A stretch of DNA of 64,000 nucleotides, taken from the NCBI GenBank assembly GCA_028717245.1, contig JAQUOD010000005.1:18637-82636 (forward strand), given 5' to 3'. The translations under genes were made by a program, and so were the position numbers. Source of the stretch: Candidatus Omnitrophota bacterium (lineage in GTDB: Bacteria; Omnitrophota; Gorgyraeia; Gygaellales; Profunditerraquicolaceae). Below are positions 1 to 8,328 of this stretch, one piece after another (position 1 is the first letter of the stretch; each line of letters opens with the position of its first letter). The notes under the pieces are model-generated. The model worked only from the letters and a program-made list of their open reading frames with translations, made no database searches and was not told the origin of the DNA.

Positions 1-719
1 ACTTCTAATACGCCTTTTAAGTCAGAGAACCGGATATTTTTATCCACCATAAAGCCCTCTATCTGATGGAACATAAAAGAGTGGCTGGCATCCACAGCAT
101 CTGGACGATAAACCCGGCCGGGGACAATCACTGCTAATGGAGGTTTACGGGATTTCATCACCCTAATCTGCACCGGCGAGGTGTGGCTGCGTAGTAATAA
201 ACGGTCGCTGGCCGCCGGCCGCCGGCCGCTGGTCTTAACCGGTAACTTAATATAAAACGTATCAAACACATCCCGGGAGGGGTGTTCTAGGGGAATATTC
301 AAGCCGGTAAAGTTATTGTATTCGGTCTCTATCTCAGGGCCCTCTACCACAGCAAAACCCATACGCATAAAGATATCGCAGATCTCATCCGTCACCTGGG
401 TCAGAGGATGCAACCTGCCCAGCTCTTGGGCAATACCCGGCATAGTGATATCGCAGGCACTTGCTTTCTCGCGGGTAGGCTGGGTAGCGATAACTTTTTG
501 TTTCTCGTCGATGAGAGAAAGTATTTTATTTTTTAAGGCATTGGCCTCTTGGCCAAATGCCGCGCGTTCCCCTTGAGGAAGGCCGGGGATTTCACTTGTT
601 AACTGGGCAATAATGCCTTTTCTCCCCAAATACTTCAGGCGGAATTCATCCAGGCCTTGCGCAGAAGCTATATCTTTGATTTCGGAATCTATTTGATTTT
701 TAATAGCCTCAATATCCAT
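1..719 (-). CDS. pheS: phenylalanine--tRNA ligase alpha subunit (N-terminal part; gene continues beyond window start)
   Basis: The minus-strand translation from ATG (revcomp of cat at 717-719) reads MDIEAIKNQ...FRLKYLGRKG...LLRSHTSPVQIR...FHQIEGF, which are typical PheS motifs. It is not in the ORF track because it runs off the window edge. Confidence 0.85.
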   Translation of the reverse strand, partial: MDIEAIKNQIDSEIKDIASAQGLDEFRLKYLGRKGIIAQLTSEIPGLPQGERAAFGQEANALKNKILSLIDEKQKVIATQPTREKASACDITMPGIAQELGRLHPLTQVTDEICDIFMRMGFAVVEGPEIETEYNNFTGLNIPLEHPSRDVFDTFYIKLPVKTSGRRPAASDRLLLRSHTSPVQIRVMKSRKPPLAVIVPGRVYRPDAVDASHSFMFHQIEGFMVDKNIRFSDLKGVLE

Positions 720-1192
720 ACCAGACACAACCCTCCCAATAAAATAAGGGTTAAGTTTCTTTTACCCGGGTTTAGTTTTTCTATAGCGGGCCTACCCGGT
801 TTAATCTTACGTATAGCCTGGGCATGGATGTCTAAATCCCCCCCGTGCTCCAAGCAGGCGCGATGAAAAACACCCGTAATCTCCATCCACTCACCTTTAG
901 ATTTATAACTGCCGGTATAAATGATATCCCGGGTTAAGTTTTTTTCTATCCAGATACCGATAGCGTTGGAACCATCATTGATATTGACCCAGGCAAATTC
1001 CCCGCGCACCATGACATCGCCGATTATCTCGCCTTCGTAGACGACTACTTTGCCGTCGTAAAGCTTGGCGTTATTAATTAATTCGGTGCTAGAGATGGGT
1101 TGGGCAAAGGCAGTAGTAAGCCCTAAGCCACAAGTTACAAGTAAAAATAATATACTAACGACTAACGACCAACGACCAACGGCTTTTTTCAT
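689..1192 (-). CDS. hypothetical secreted protein (signal peptide, C-terminal hydrophobic anchor)
   Basis: This is track ORF 689..1330. The likely true start is MKKAVGRWSLVV at 1192, which shares 1 nt with the trkH stop. It has an N-terminal signal-like hydrophobic stretch ending AFAQP. The N-terminal coding region contains a tandem heptamer repeat (ACTAACG/ACCAACG). Confidence 0.5.
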   Translation of the reverse strand: MKKAVGRWSLVVSILFLLVTCGLGLTTAFAQPISSTELINNAKLYDGKVVVYEGEIIGDVMVRGEFAWVNINDGSNAIGIWIEKNLTRDIIYTGSYKSKGEWMEITGVFHRACLEHGGDLDIHAQAIRKIKPGRPAIEKLNPGKRNLTLILLGGLCLVWILRLLKIK

Positions 1193-2697
1193 TATTTCTT
1201 CCCTTTTATTGCTGCAATAAAGAATCCAATCAAAGTAAACACTGACATAAACTCCAAGCGGCCTGCCCACATCTGCAATATATAGGTAAGTTTTAAAACC
1301 GCCGGCATATGGATATCGGTAATCCCGCAAGATAACCCCACGTTTGCTGCCGCAGAAGTGGATTCAAAGAGAGAGGCTAAAAAAGGATACCCTAATAACA
1401 TACCTATAATCGCGCCTATGCCATATAAAAAGAGATAGGCTAAGGTAATTAATAATGCTGACCTGACCTGTTTGTCTTCCAGAAAAATTTCTTTGATGTG
1501 GTGGAATTTCTGGGCCACCACTGCCTTCTCCGGCAAAATAATCCGCTTTAAATCCTGCTTCAGGGCCTTAATGATAATGCCGATACGCAGCATTTTAATG
1601 CCGCCGGTAGTAGAACAGACCCCTCCGCCTAAGGCCATGGCGCAGATAACCGCTACTAAGGCCAGGTCTCCCCATTCATTGATAAACTGGCGGGCATAGA
1701 TGGTCATATAACCTGTGCCGGTATGCCCGGAAATGAGCTGATAAAAGCCCTTACGAAAGAGCACCATAGCCTTGGGGTATGCGCCGGTATGGCTTAAGCC
1801 CACTGCGGTAAGGAAAAAGGTAAGCATCACAGTCATAAAAAGCGTCCTGGTTTCAATATTCTTAAATATTTCCTTGAGGTTGCCCATCCAGAGATGGTAA
1901 TGCAGTTTAAAATTCAGCGCGCCCAGAATCATAATGACCACCGTGATTACTTCAAAGGTGAGGCTGTGATAATAAAGGATGTTTTGCGACTGCGGGGCAA
2001 ACCCGCCGGTATCAAAGGCAGCCATAAAAATACAGGCGCCGTGGAAGAAGGCATTTACCGGCCTCATGCCGTTTAACAGGCCTACAATGCCTAAGGCCAG
2101 GGTACCTAAAATCAGATAAACAATACTTACCAACCAGATAAATCTGGCAGTATGGATAACATTGGGCAGGAGCCTCTCGTCGCGCGCCTCGCCAACGTAC
2201 ATCTTAAGTGCGCCAGAGAACCCCCGCACTAGGAAAGAGAGCGCGACAATGACAATACCCTGGCCTCCGATAAACATAATCAGGTGCCGCCAGAGATTAT
2301 GGGTAAAAGACAAATGGTCAAGGTCCTGCACTAAAACCAGGCCCGTGGTCGCAAAGCCGGACATAGCATCAAAACAGGCATCCAGGTATGATTTCCAGTG
2401 CCCGCTTAAGTACAGGGGTATAGCGCCTAAGAACATCGCCGCCAGCCACGAGAGGCTCACGACGATCATCCCCTGCATCCAGTTCAGGTCTTTTCCCGTG
2501 AAACACAATTTGGTTAAGATTAAACCGAATATCAGGGCTATCTCTATGCTGATTAAAAAATCTAATGCGGGATTTATCTCGTTAAAAGCTAATGCTATGA
2601 TGACCGGCAAAAACATCGTCAGGCCCAGGCTCAGGATAATCTTGCCTAAATAGTAACCGATGTTTTTAACGTCGTCTATGTGGGGCCTGAGGATCAT
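1192..2697 (-). CDS. trkH: Trk/Ktr-family potassium uptake protein (TrkH-type membrane subunit)
   Basis: It is a 501-aa polytopic membrane protein with repeated G-rich selectivity-like motifs (GFATTG, TGGIKM). It is adjacent to two trkA-like genes. Confidence 0.85.
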   Translation of the reverse strand: MILRPHIDDVKNIGYYLGKIILSLGLTMFLPVIIALAFNEINPALDFLISIEIALIFGLILTKLCFTGKDLNWMQGMIVVSLSWLAAMFLGAIPLYLSGHWKSYLDACFDAMSGFATTGLVLVQDLDHLSFTHNLWRHLIMFIGGQGIVIVALSFLVRGFSGALKMYVGEARDERLLPNVIHTARFIWLVSIVYLILGTLALGIVGLLNGMRPVNAFFHGACIFMAAFDTGGFAPQSQNILYYHSLTFEVITVVIMILGALNFKLHYHLWMGNLKEIFKNIETRTLFMTVMLTFFLTAVGLSHTGAYPKAMVLFRKGFYQLISGHTGTGYMTIYARQFINEWGDLALVAVICAMALGGGVCSTTGGIKMLRIGIIIKALKQDLKRIILPEKAVVAQKFHHIKEIFLEDKQVRSALLITLAYLFLYGIGAIIGMLLGYPFLASLFESTSAAANVGLSCGITDIHMPAVLKLTYILQMWAGRLEFMSVFTLIGFFIAAIKGKK

Positions 2698-2811
2698 ATT
2701 TTAAAATATAAGGCTAGGGAGATTAAAAACGCAGCCAGCATTATGGCCAGGGCATATAAAACTTCTATGGCAATGCCCGAAGTAGCATTTAAAAACGGTT
2801 TTAACCTCATT

Positions 2812-3474
2812 TTATATTTTTCCTGCCAGTAAATTTAACAGCTGCGGCTCGTTGCCTATCAGCGTCAGGGCAATAATATCATCCCCGGGCTTAAGGACTG
2901 TATTACCTTTGGGGACGATTACCTCTTCTCCCCGGACAATAGAAACCAAGACCGAATCCTGCGGTAGTTGGACATCCTGAACCTGTTTGTTGATTACCGG
3001 CGAATCAGGGGGCAAGTCCAGGCGTACGATGGCCAGTTTCCCGCGCTTAAAACTCATCAAGTTGACGAAATCCGAGAAGGAGACTTCTTCTTCGATAATC
3101 TTGGAAATAATTTTAGTAGAATCAATGGGTACGTCCACCCCTAATTCAGAAAAGGTGTGTTCGTTCTCGGGATCGTTCACCCTGCCTACGGTACGGCTGA
3201 TTTTAAAGATCTCCTTGGCTAGTTGGCAGATGATGAGATTGTCTTCGTCGTCGCCCGTGACCGCAGCCAACACTTCCGCGTGGGCAATCCCTGCCTCTTC
3301 CAGGATGCGCGGCTCGCAGCCGTCGCCGTTAATTACCATGGCCTCTAATTCCTTGGTTATCTCTTCGCAAATCTGCTTGTTTTTCTCCACGATACTCACC
3401 GTATGCTTATTCAGGCTTAGCCTCTTGGCTAAAAAATAACCCACCTTACCCGCACCTACTATTATGATATACAT
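2812..3474 (-). CDS. trkA: potassium transporter peripheral NAD-binding subunit TrkA
   Basis: It carries the N-terminal Rossmann motif IIVGAGKVG (TrkA_N) and a C-terminal TrkA_C-like domain, and is 220 aa. Confidence 0.85.
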   Translation of the reverse strand: MYIIIVGAGKVGYFLAKRLSLNKHTVSIVEKNKQICEEITKELEAMVINGDGCEPRILEEAGIAHAEVLAAVTGDDEDNLIICQLAKEIFKISRTVGRVNDPENEHTFSELGVDVPIDSTKIISKIIEEEVSFSDFVNLMSFKRGKLAIVRLDLPPDSPVINKQVQDVQLPQDSVLVSIVRGEEVIVPKGNTVLKPGDDIIALTLIGNEPQLLNLLAGKI

Positions 3475-3486
3475 AATCGCCCTCTT

Positions 3487-3553
3487 CGTTATTGCGTTAC
3501 TTGCGTTTTAGCGTTATTGCGTTCGAATGCTATAACGCAATAACCCTATAACA
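3487..3553. repeat. CGTTATTG x4-5 / ATAACNNN x4 hairpin element (trkA-trkA spacer)
   Basis: The units CGTTATTG, CGTTACTTG, CGTTTTAG, CGTTATTG and CGTTCG are followed by loop AATGCT and then ATAACGCA, ATAACCCT, ATAACACT and ATAACC. Confidence 0.8.
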
Positions 3554-4204
3554 CTATAACCCAAACCTTTCTCTTACTTTAGTTAGGCTGGCCACCTTCA
3601 CTGCCGCTGTTAATATGTCTCTTTCTCTTAATGTAGTTGAGGATTCCGGGATAATGACGCCGTGCAGCCGCCTGATGGCCACAACCAAAAATTCTCCGGG
3701 GATATTGATATCCTGTATGGTCTTGCCTATCAGGTTATCTTTGGCTTCTATCTCGATAACCCCCAGTTCTTTAGTCTCAATGAGGTAACTGGAAAAGCGG
3801 CTCTCGATGATTTTGTCCCTGAGCATCGCGGCAAACAAGATTGTTCCGCTGATAATCTCAAGGCCCAATGCGGCATAGATATGCGCGCGCTGGGGGTCAT
3901 ATACGCGGGCGATAACCTTGGGGACCTTGAAGATTTTTTTGGCTGCCTGCGCGGAGATTAAATTGGTATTGTCGCCGTTAGTTACCGCACAGAAGGCATC
4001 CGCCTTTTCAATGCCCGCTTGTTTTAGCAGGCTTAAAGAAAAACCATTGCCTACCAGAGTTACTCCGTTGAAAGTATCGCCAAGACGGTCAAAAGACGCC
4101 TGGCTCTTATCAATCACGACTACGTCGTGCCCTTCTGCTGATAAGAGTTTGGCTAATTCCGAACCTACTCTGCCGCAACCTACTATTATCACATACATAA
4201 TCAA
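3554..4204 (-). CDS. trkA: potassium transporter peripheral NAD-binding subunit TrkA (second paralog)
   Basis: It has the motif IIVGCGRVG, a TrkA_N plus TrkA_C architecture, and is 216 aa. Confidence 0.85.
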   Translation of the reverse strand: MIMYVIIVGCGRVGSELAKLLSAEGHDVVVIDKSQASFDRLGDTFNGVTLVGNGFSLSLLKQAGIEKADAFCAVTNGDNTNLISAQAAKKIFKVPKVIARVYDPQRAHIYAALGLEIISGTILFAAMLRDKIIESRFSSYLIETKELGVIEIEAKDNLIGKTIQDINIPGEFLVVAIRRLHGVIIPESSTTLRERDILTAAVKVASLTKVRERFGL

Positions 4205-4211
4205 CCTCGCC

Positions 4212-4296
4212 GTTCATTGAGTTCGTTGAGTCTATAGAGTTTATTGAGTTAACCTTACGAACTCAATAACTCAAAAAACTCAACAGGCTCAAATAA
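4212..4296. repeat. NNNTTGAGT x4 / ACTCAANNN x4 hairpin element (trkA-rplT spacer)
   Basis: TCATTGAGT, TCGTTGAGT, CTATAGAGT and TTATTGAGT are followed by a loop and then GAACTCAAT, AACTCAAAA, AACTCAACA and GGCTCAAAT. Confidence 0.85.
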
Positions 4297-4304
4297 CTAT
4301 TATA

Positions 4305-4652
4305 TTATCCTCTGGCTATTTCCACTAATTTCTTAAATGCCTGGGTGTCTTTTACTGCCAGATCCGCCAAAACTTTTCTGTCCAAACCCACCTTGGCTTT
4401 TTTTAGGCCCTGCATAAAACGGCTGTAGGTAATGCCTGCGCTGCGGCAGGCGGCATTGATGCGCGCGATCCATAACCTGCGGAATTCTCTTTTTTTGACC
4501 CGCCTATCGCGATAGGCATACACCAAGGCATGCAGGAGCGCGCGGCGCGCCTGCTGGTATTGTTTACTGCGGTCCCCCCAAAAGCCCTTGGCCTTCTTTA
4601 AGGCCCTCTTCTTCCTTCTCCTTGTTGCTACGCTGTGTTTGATTTTCGCCAT
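4305..4652 (-). CDS. rplT: 50S ribosomal protein L20
   Basis: The sequence [26 protein letters not shown]...VYAYRDRR is canonical L20. Confidence 0.95.
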   Translation of the reverse strand: MAKIKHSVATRRRKKRALKKAKGFWGDRSKQYQQARRALLHALVYAYRDRRVKKREFRRLWIARINAACRSAGITYSRFMQGLKKAKVGLDRKVLADLAVKDTQAFKKLVEIARG

Positions 4653-4681
4653 AATATTACTCCTTTATAGTATTCCGTTTT

Positions 4682-4741
4682 GTATCAAAGTATCACGTGT
4701 CAGAGTGTCAAAGGAAAACTTTGATACTTGACACCTTGACA
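4682..4741. repeat. GTATCAAAG/GTGTCAAAG direct + inverted hairpin element (rplT-rpmI spacer)
   Basis: GTATCAAAGTATCACGTGTCAGAGTGTCAAAG is followed by loop GAAAA and then CTTTGATACTTGACACCTTGACAC. Confidence 0.85.
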
Positions 4742-4942
4742 CTAACCGTATGGTAACATCCTTTTGATATACTTGATATCTTTCTTTCCTCCCACAATCC
4801 TTGCGCGCCTTAAGGAACGGATCCTCTTGGTGTCCTTGCTGGTCAAAAGATGGCTCTTGCCGCAAGGCGAATATTTGATTTTACCCTTCTTGGTCAGATG
4901 CAATCTTTTCGCTACGCCTTTTTTGGTTTTCAATTTTGGCAT
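4742..4942 (-). CDS. rpmI: 50S ribosomal protein L35
   Basis: The sequence MPKLKTKKGVAKRLHLTKKGKI is canonical L35, 66 aa. Confidence 0.95.
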   Translation of the reverse strand: MPKLKTKKGVAKRLHLTKKGKIKYSPCGKSHLLTSKDTKRIRSLRRARIVGGKKDIKYIKRMLPYG

Positions 4943-4995
4943 TTTACCTCACCCCAATCGTCGTTATTAATCTATTAATGAACCCTCTGCCTTGT

Positions 4996-5511
4996 TTATT
5001 TCGGGCCGGCAATGAAATATATAACCCTGCCTTCTAACATAGGCTCTTTTTCTACCTGCCCGTCGTTCTGTAATTCCAGAATAAATTTATCGATAACCTT
5101 TCGGCCTATATCCAGATGCTCCATCTGCCTGCCGCGGAAGAACATGCTCACCTTGACCTTGTCTTTTTTCTTCAGGAAACTGATGGCATGTTTTACTTTT
5201 ATCTGGCAATCGTGCTCGTCGATATTAGGCTTAAGGCGGATCTCTTTTATGCGGGACTGGTGCTGGTGCTTCTTGGCCTCGCGTTCTTTCTTCTCCTGGT
5301 CGTATTTAAATTTAGTAAAATCGATTACCCGGCATACCGGAGGGCTGGCCGCAGGCGCAACCTCAACTAAGTCTAACTCGTGTTGATTTGCTATCTCCAG
5401 GGCCTGCTGAATAGGGACTACTCCCAACTGGTTACCGTCTGGCCCCACCAGGCGCACTTCTGGTACGCGTATTCTTTCGTTGGTGCGGATAAACTTTTTT
5501 ATCGTAACCAC
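4996..5511 (-). CDS. infC: translation initiation factor IF-3
   Basis: It shows IF-3 N- and C-domain motifs (RVPEVRLVGPDG...ALEIA...LDLVEV; KEIRLKPNIDEHD). It has a GTG start as read by the ORF track, consistent with non-ATG IF3 starts. Confidence 0.9.
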   Translation of the reverse strand: MVTIKKFIRTNERIRVPEVRLVGPDGNQLGVVPIQQALEIANQHELDLVEVAPAASPPVCRVIDFTKFKYDQEKKEREAKKHQHQSRIKEIRLKPNIDEHDCQIKVKHAISFLKKKDKVKVSMFFRGRQMEHLDIGRKVIDKFILELQNDGQVEKEPMLEGRVIYFIAGPK

Positions 5512-5521
5512 CTCCTTTTGG

Positions 5522-5598
5522 AGTTTGTTGAGTTCTTTGAGTTTGTTGAGTTAGTTGAGTTAACTCTATGAACTCTACAAACTCTATAAACTCAATGA
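5522..5598. repeat. NNNTTGAGT x4 / AACTCTNNN x4 hairpin element (infC-thrS spacer; inverted arm reaches thrS stop)
   Basis: TTGTTGAGT, TCTTTGAGT, TTGTTGAGT and TAGTTGAGT are followed by AACTCTATG, AACTCTACA, AACTCTATA and AACTCAATG. Confidence 0.85.
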
Positions 5599-7316
5599 AC
5601 TTTATTTTCTATTTCCTGCCTTATCTGTTTTACAAATTCTTCTATAGGCTTTGCCCCTAAGTCACCCTTGCCTCTTTGGCGCACGGCAACGGTCCCGTTT
5701 ATCTCCTCGCGCTCGCCCACAATCAGGATATAAGGAACCTTTGCTAATTCTGCCTGGCGTATCTTTTTGTTCAGAGTCTCGTTACGCTCATCCACCTCAA
5801 ATCTTATATGAGATTTTTCTAATTCGGGTTTAATCTTGCCCCTGATATACCCCTCTAATGAATCTTTTACCGGGATAACCATGACTTGCGTGGGGGCTAG
5901 CCACAGAGGAAACGCACCCTTATAGTGTTCTACCAAAGCGCCGATAAAACGCTCAAGGCTGCCCAAGAGCACGCGGTGCAACATTATAGGCTGTTTTTCT
6001 TTTCCTTGAGAGTCCACATAGGTAAGATTAAATCTTTTGGGGAGCGCGAAATCGCATTGAATAGTAGCGCATTGCCATTGGCGCTTCAGGGCGTCCTTTA
6101 ATTTTATATCAATCTTCGGCCCATAAAATGCGCCCTCTCCCGCATTTACCGTATAGGTTAAGCCTTTTTCTTTTAATGCCGCCTCCAACGCCTCGGTGGC
6201 CAGCTGCCAGTCTTCTTCTGAGCCGATATATTTTTCCGGACGCGTGCTTAACTCAATCCCCACGTCACTAAAACCGAAGACCTTCATCGTATCAAAGACA
6301 AATTCTATAATCATCTGTATTTCCTGCACCAGTTGTTCGGGTAAACAAAATATGTGCGCATCGTCCTGGGTAAAGCCACGCACCCGAAGCAGGCCGTGGA
6401 GGACCCCTGTCTTTTCATGGCGATAAACCGTGCCCAGTTCAAATAACCGTATAGGCAGGTCTTTATAACTGCGTATCCTGGATTTATAAATCAGGATATG
6501 GCCAGGGCAGTTCATCGGCTTTAAAACAAACTCCCGGTTTTCGATTTTTAAGATGTACATGTTCTCTTTGTAATATTCATAGTGGCCGGAGGTCTTCCAG
6601 AGCTCTGCCTGCATAATATGCGGGGTAATCACTATCTGATAGCCGCGGCGCAGATGCTCCTGCTTTTCGTAATCCTCGATTATCGTCCGCAGTAGCGCGC
6701 CCTTGGGATGATAAAAGACCAGCCCTGCCCCTGCCTCTTCATGATAGATATCAAATAATTCCATTGCCGGCCCCAGCTTCCTGTGGTCGCGCAACTTTGC
6801 CTCTTCTAAATTTTTTAAATATTCTTCTAATTTTTGCTTGGTTTCAAAACAAGTCCCGTAAATCCTCTGCAGCATCGGATTTGTCTCAATCCCGTGCCAA
6901 TAAGATCCGGCAACAGAGAGCAATTTAAAGGCCTGGATTTTGCCGGTGGATGCCAGATGCGGCCCGCGGCATAAGTCTATAAAATCTTTGCCTGTCTTGT
7001 AGATGGAGGCTGTCTCCCCGGGGAGCGCCTGGATAAGTTCTATTTTATAATCCTCTTTTAATTTTTTGAATAAGGCGAGCGCCTCTTTTTTGGAGAGCTC
7101 TTCTCTGATAAAAGGCTCATCCTTAGCGATTATTGCGCGCATCTTTTTTTCTATCTTTTCTAAATCCTCGTCGGTAAATGGCTCTTTCTTATCAAAGTCA
7201 TAGTAAAAGCCGTCTTCGATAGAAGGGCCGATGCCCAGCTTCGCCTGCGGCCAGAGCTCTTTTACCGCCTGAGCCATAATGTGGGAACACGAATGTCTTA
7301 AGGTATCTAAATTCAT
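5592..7316 (-). CDS. thrS: threonine--tRNA ligase
   Basis: This 574-aa protein has a class II aaRS core with ThrRS editing/second-additional-domain HxxxH (HSCSHIMAQA) and a C-terminal anticodon-binding domain. It lies in the conserved thrS-infC-rpmI-rplT neighbourhood. Confidence 0.93.
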   Translation of the reverse strand: MNLDTLRHSCSHIMAQAVKELWPQAKLGIGPSIEDGFYYDFDKKEPFTDEDLEKIEKKMRAIIAKDEPFIREELSKKEALALFKKLKEDYKIELIQALPGETASIYKTGKDFIDLCRGPHLASTGKIQAFKLLSVAGSYWHGIETNPMLQRIYGTCFETKQKLEEYLKNLEEAKLRDHRKLGPAMELFDIYHEEAGAGLVFYHPKGALLRTIIEDYEKQEHLRRGYQIVITPHIMQAELWKTSGHYEYYKENMYILKIENREFVLKPMNCPGHILIYKSRIRSYKDLPIRLFELGTVYRHEKTGVLHGLLRVRGFTQDDAHIFCLPEQLVQEIQMIIEFVFDTMKVFGFSDVGIELSTRPEKYIGSEEDWQLATEALEAALKEKGLTYTVNAGEGAFYGPKIDIKLKDALKRQWQCATIQCDFALPKRFNLTYVDSQGKEKQPIMLHRVLLGSLERFIGALVEHYKGAFPLWLAPTQVMVIPVKDSLEGYIRGKIKPELEKSHIRFEVDERNETLNKKIRQAELAKVPYILIVGEREEINGTVAVRQRGKGDLGAKPIEEFVKQIRQEIENKVH

Positions 7317-7317
7317 C

Positions 7318-7394
7318 GTCGTTAATCGTTATTCGTTAATCGTTATTAGATGGCTAACTTATCCATTAACGATTAACTATTAACCAATAACTAA
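7318..7394. repeat. CGTTAAT/CGTTATT x4 + ATTAACG-type x4 hairpin element abutting thrS start codon
   Basis: CGTTAAT, CGTTATT, CGTTAAT and CGTTATT are followed by loop AGATGGCTAACTTATCC and then ATTAACG, ATTAACT, ATTAACC and AATAACT. The element begins 1 nt from the thrS ATG on the minus strand. Confidence 0.85.
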
Positions 7395-7396
7395 AA

Positions 7397-7471
7397 TGGG
7401 CGCTACAGGACTTGAACCTGTGGCCTTTTCCATGTCAAGGAAACGCTCTAAACCAACTGAGCTAAGCGCCC
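7397..7471 (-). tRNA. tRNA-Val (anticodon GAC)
   Basis: The revcomp folds as a cloverleaf with a 7-bp acceptor stem GGGCGCT/AGCGCCC. The anticodon stem is TTTCC/GGAAA with loop TTGACAT, the T-arm is ACAGG-TTCAAGT-CCTGT, and the total is 75 nt. Confidence 0.85.
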
Positions 7472-7484
7472 GATAAATTCAAAG

Positions 7485-7567
7485 TGGGCAAGGAGGGAGT
7501 CGGACCCTCATGACCTTGCGGCCAATGGCTTTTAAGGCCATCGTGTAAGCCATTCCACCACTTGCCC
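7485..7567 (-). tRNA. tRNA-Leu (anticodon TAA), long variable arm
   Basis: The revcomp is GGGCAAG...ATGGC-CTTAAAA-GCCAT with a long variable arm, T-arm GAGGG-TCCGACT-CCCTC and acceptor CTTGCCC+A, 83 nt. Confidence 0.85.
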
Positions 7568-7573
7568 AAATTT

Positions 7574-8242
7574 TCATGATGGTTCGCAATAAACAGTTGT
7601 GCTTTTATCCCAACCTGTATACGAACTCAAGCACTGTTGAGCCAAATTTATCTTCCTCTCAAGCCCAAAGCAATGTTTATAATAACACTGTTTAGCAATT
7701 TCTCTTGCCGCCATTTTACCGTATTTTAATACCCAAAAATTATTTCTGCTGTTATGAATCTTACCGAAAACTTCTAATAACCCCGCTATTGTGTCGCTTA
7801 ACCAGTGAACAAATTCTTCGGAGCCAGAATATATCCTCAGGCTCCATTGTTCTCCTTTATTGGTCGGGTGTACCCAGCGACGGATACATCCGTCACCGTC
7901 AATTACTCCTCTTAAAAAATCAACGAAATATTGATTTGGTATTTCTAGAGCACCCAATGTCAGAGATTTATTTTGTGTTAGCCCAATCGATAAAAGGAAA
8001 TTGTATAAATTTTTGTTTCCTACCTGAATATGAAAACATCTCTGATTTTTACTATTATATTTGATACCAATTTTGTTCTTGAGCCCGGTTGCGTCTTTAA
8101 TCGCCTGAAGGAATTGAGAATCTTTAGAGGTTATGTCTATATGTCTCCCATCCGGACATAAACACCCATCAGTTGCAATCAAACCTACCAAATACCAAAG
8201 ATTTGAACCTTCAATTTTCAATTCTTTTCGCTTATTCGGCAT
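7574..8242 (-). CDS. free-standing LAGLIDADG homing endonuclease (two-motif, monomeric type)
   Basis: This 222-aa ORF has two LAGLIDADG motifs (LWYLVGLIATDGCL and FLRGVIDGDGCI). It fills the whole spacer between tRNA-Cys and tRNA-Leu with gaps of 6-7 nt. Confidence 0.8.
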   Translation of the reverse strand: MPNKRKELKIEGSNLWYLVGLIATDGCLCPDGRHIDITSKDSQFLQAIKDATGLKNKIGIKYNSKNQRCFHIQVGNKNLYNFLLSIGLTQNKSLTLGALEIPNQYFVDFLRGVIDGDGCIRRWVHPTNKGEQWSLRIYSGSEEFVHWLSDTIAGLLEVFGKIHNSRNNFWVLKYGKMAAREIAKQCYYKHCFGLERKINLAQQCLSSYTGWDKSTTVYCEPS

Positions 8243-8249
8243 GTAATTT

Positions 8250-8324
8250 TGGAGGCGCGGAGCGGATTCGAACCGCTGAATAACTGTTTTGCAGACAGTT
8301 GCCTTGCCACTTGGCTACCGCGCC
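8250..8324 (-). tRNA. tRNA-Cys (anticodon GCA), CCA encoded
   Basis: The revcomp is GGCGCGG-TA-GCCAAGTGGCAAGGC-A-ACTGT-CTGCAAA-ACAGT-...GGTTCGAATCC...CCGCGCC-T-CCA. Confidence 0.85.
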
Positions 8325-8328
8325 AACA

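Noticed and set aside
316-576. 86-aa plus-strand ORF
   Set aside because: It lies antisense within pheS and has a TTG start.
689-1330. Long form of ORF 689..1330 (213 aa)
   Set aside because: The upstream 46 codons overlap trkH entirely on the same strand. An internal MKK start at 1192 gives a signal peptide and a 1-nt stop/start overlap with trkH.
2162-2653. 163-aa plus-strand ORF (and similar antisense ORFs at 2987-3439, 3662-4220, 36359-36958, 30888-31676, 45329-45784)
   Set aside because: All lie antisense inside well-supported genes (trkH, trkA, carB, pyrC, atpE) and have no recognisable domains.
7574-8242. Possibility that the tRNA-flanked LAGLIDADG ORFs are group I intron-encoded
   Set aside because: Only 6-11 nt separate each ORF from the flanking tRNAs and the tRNAs (including tRNA-Leu UAA) are uninterrupted. 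There is no space for P1-P9 ribozyme structure.
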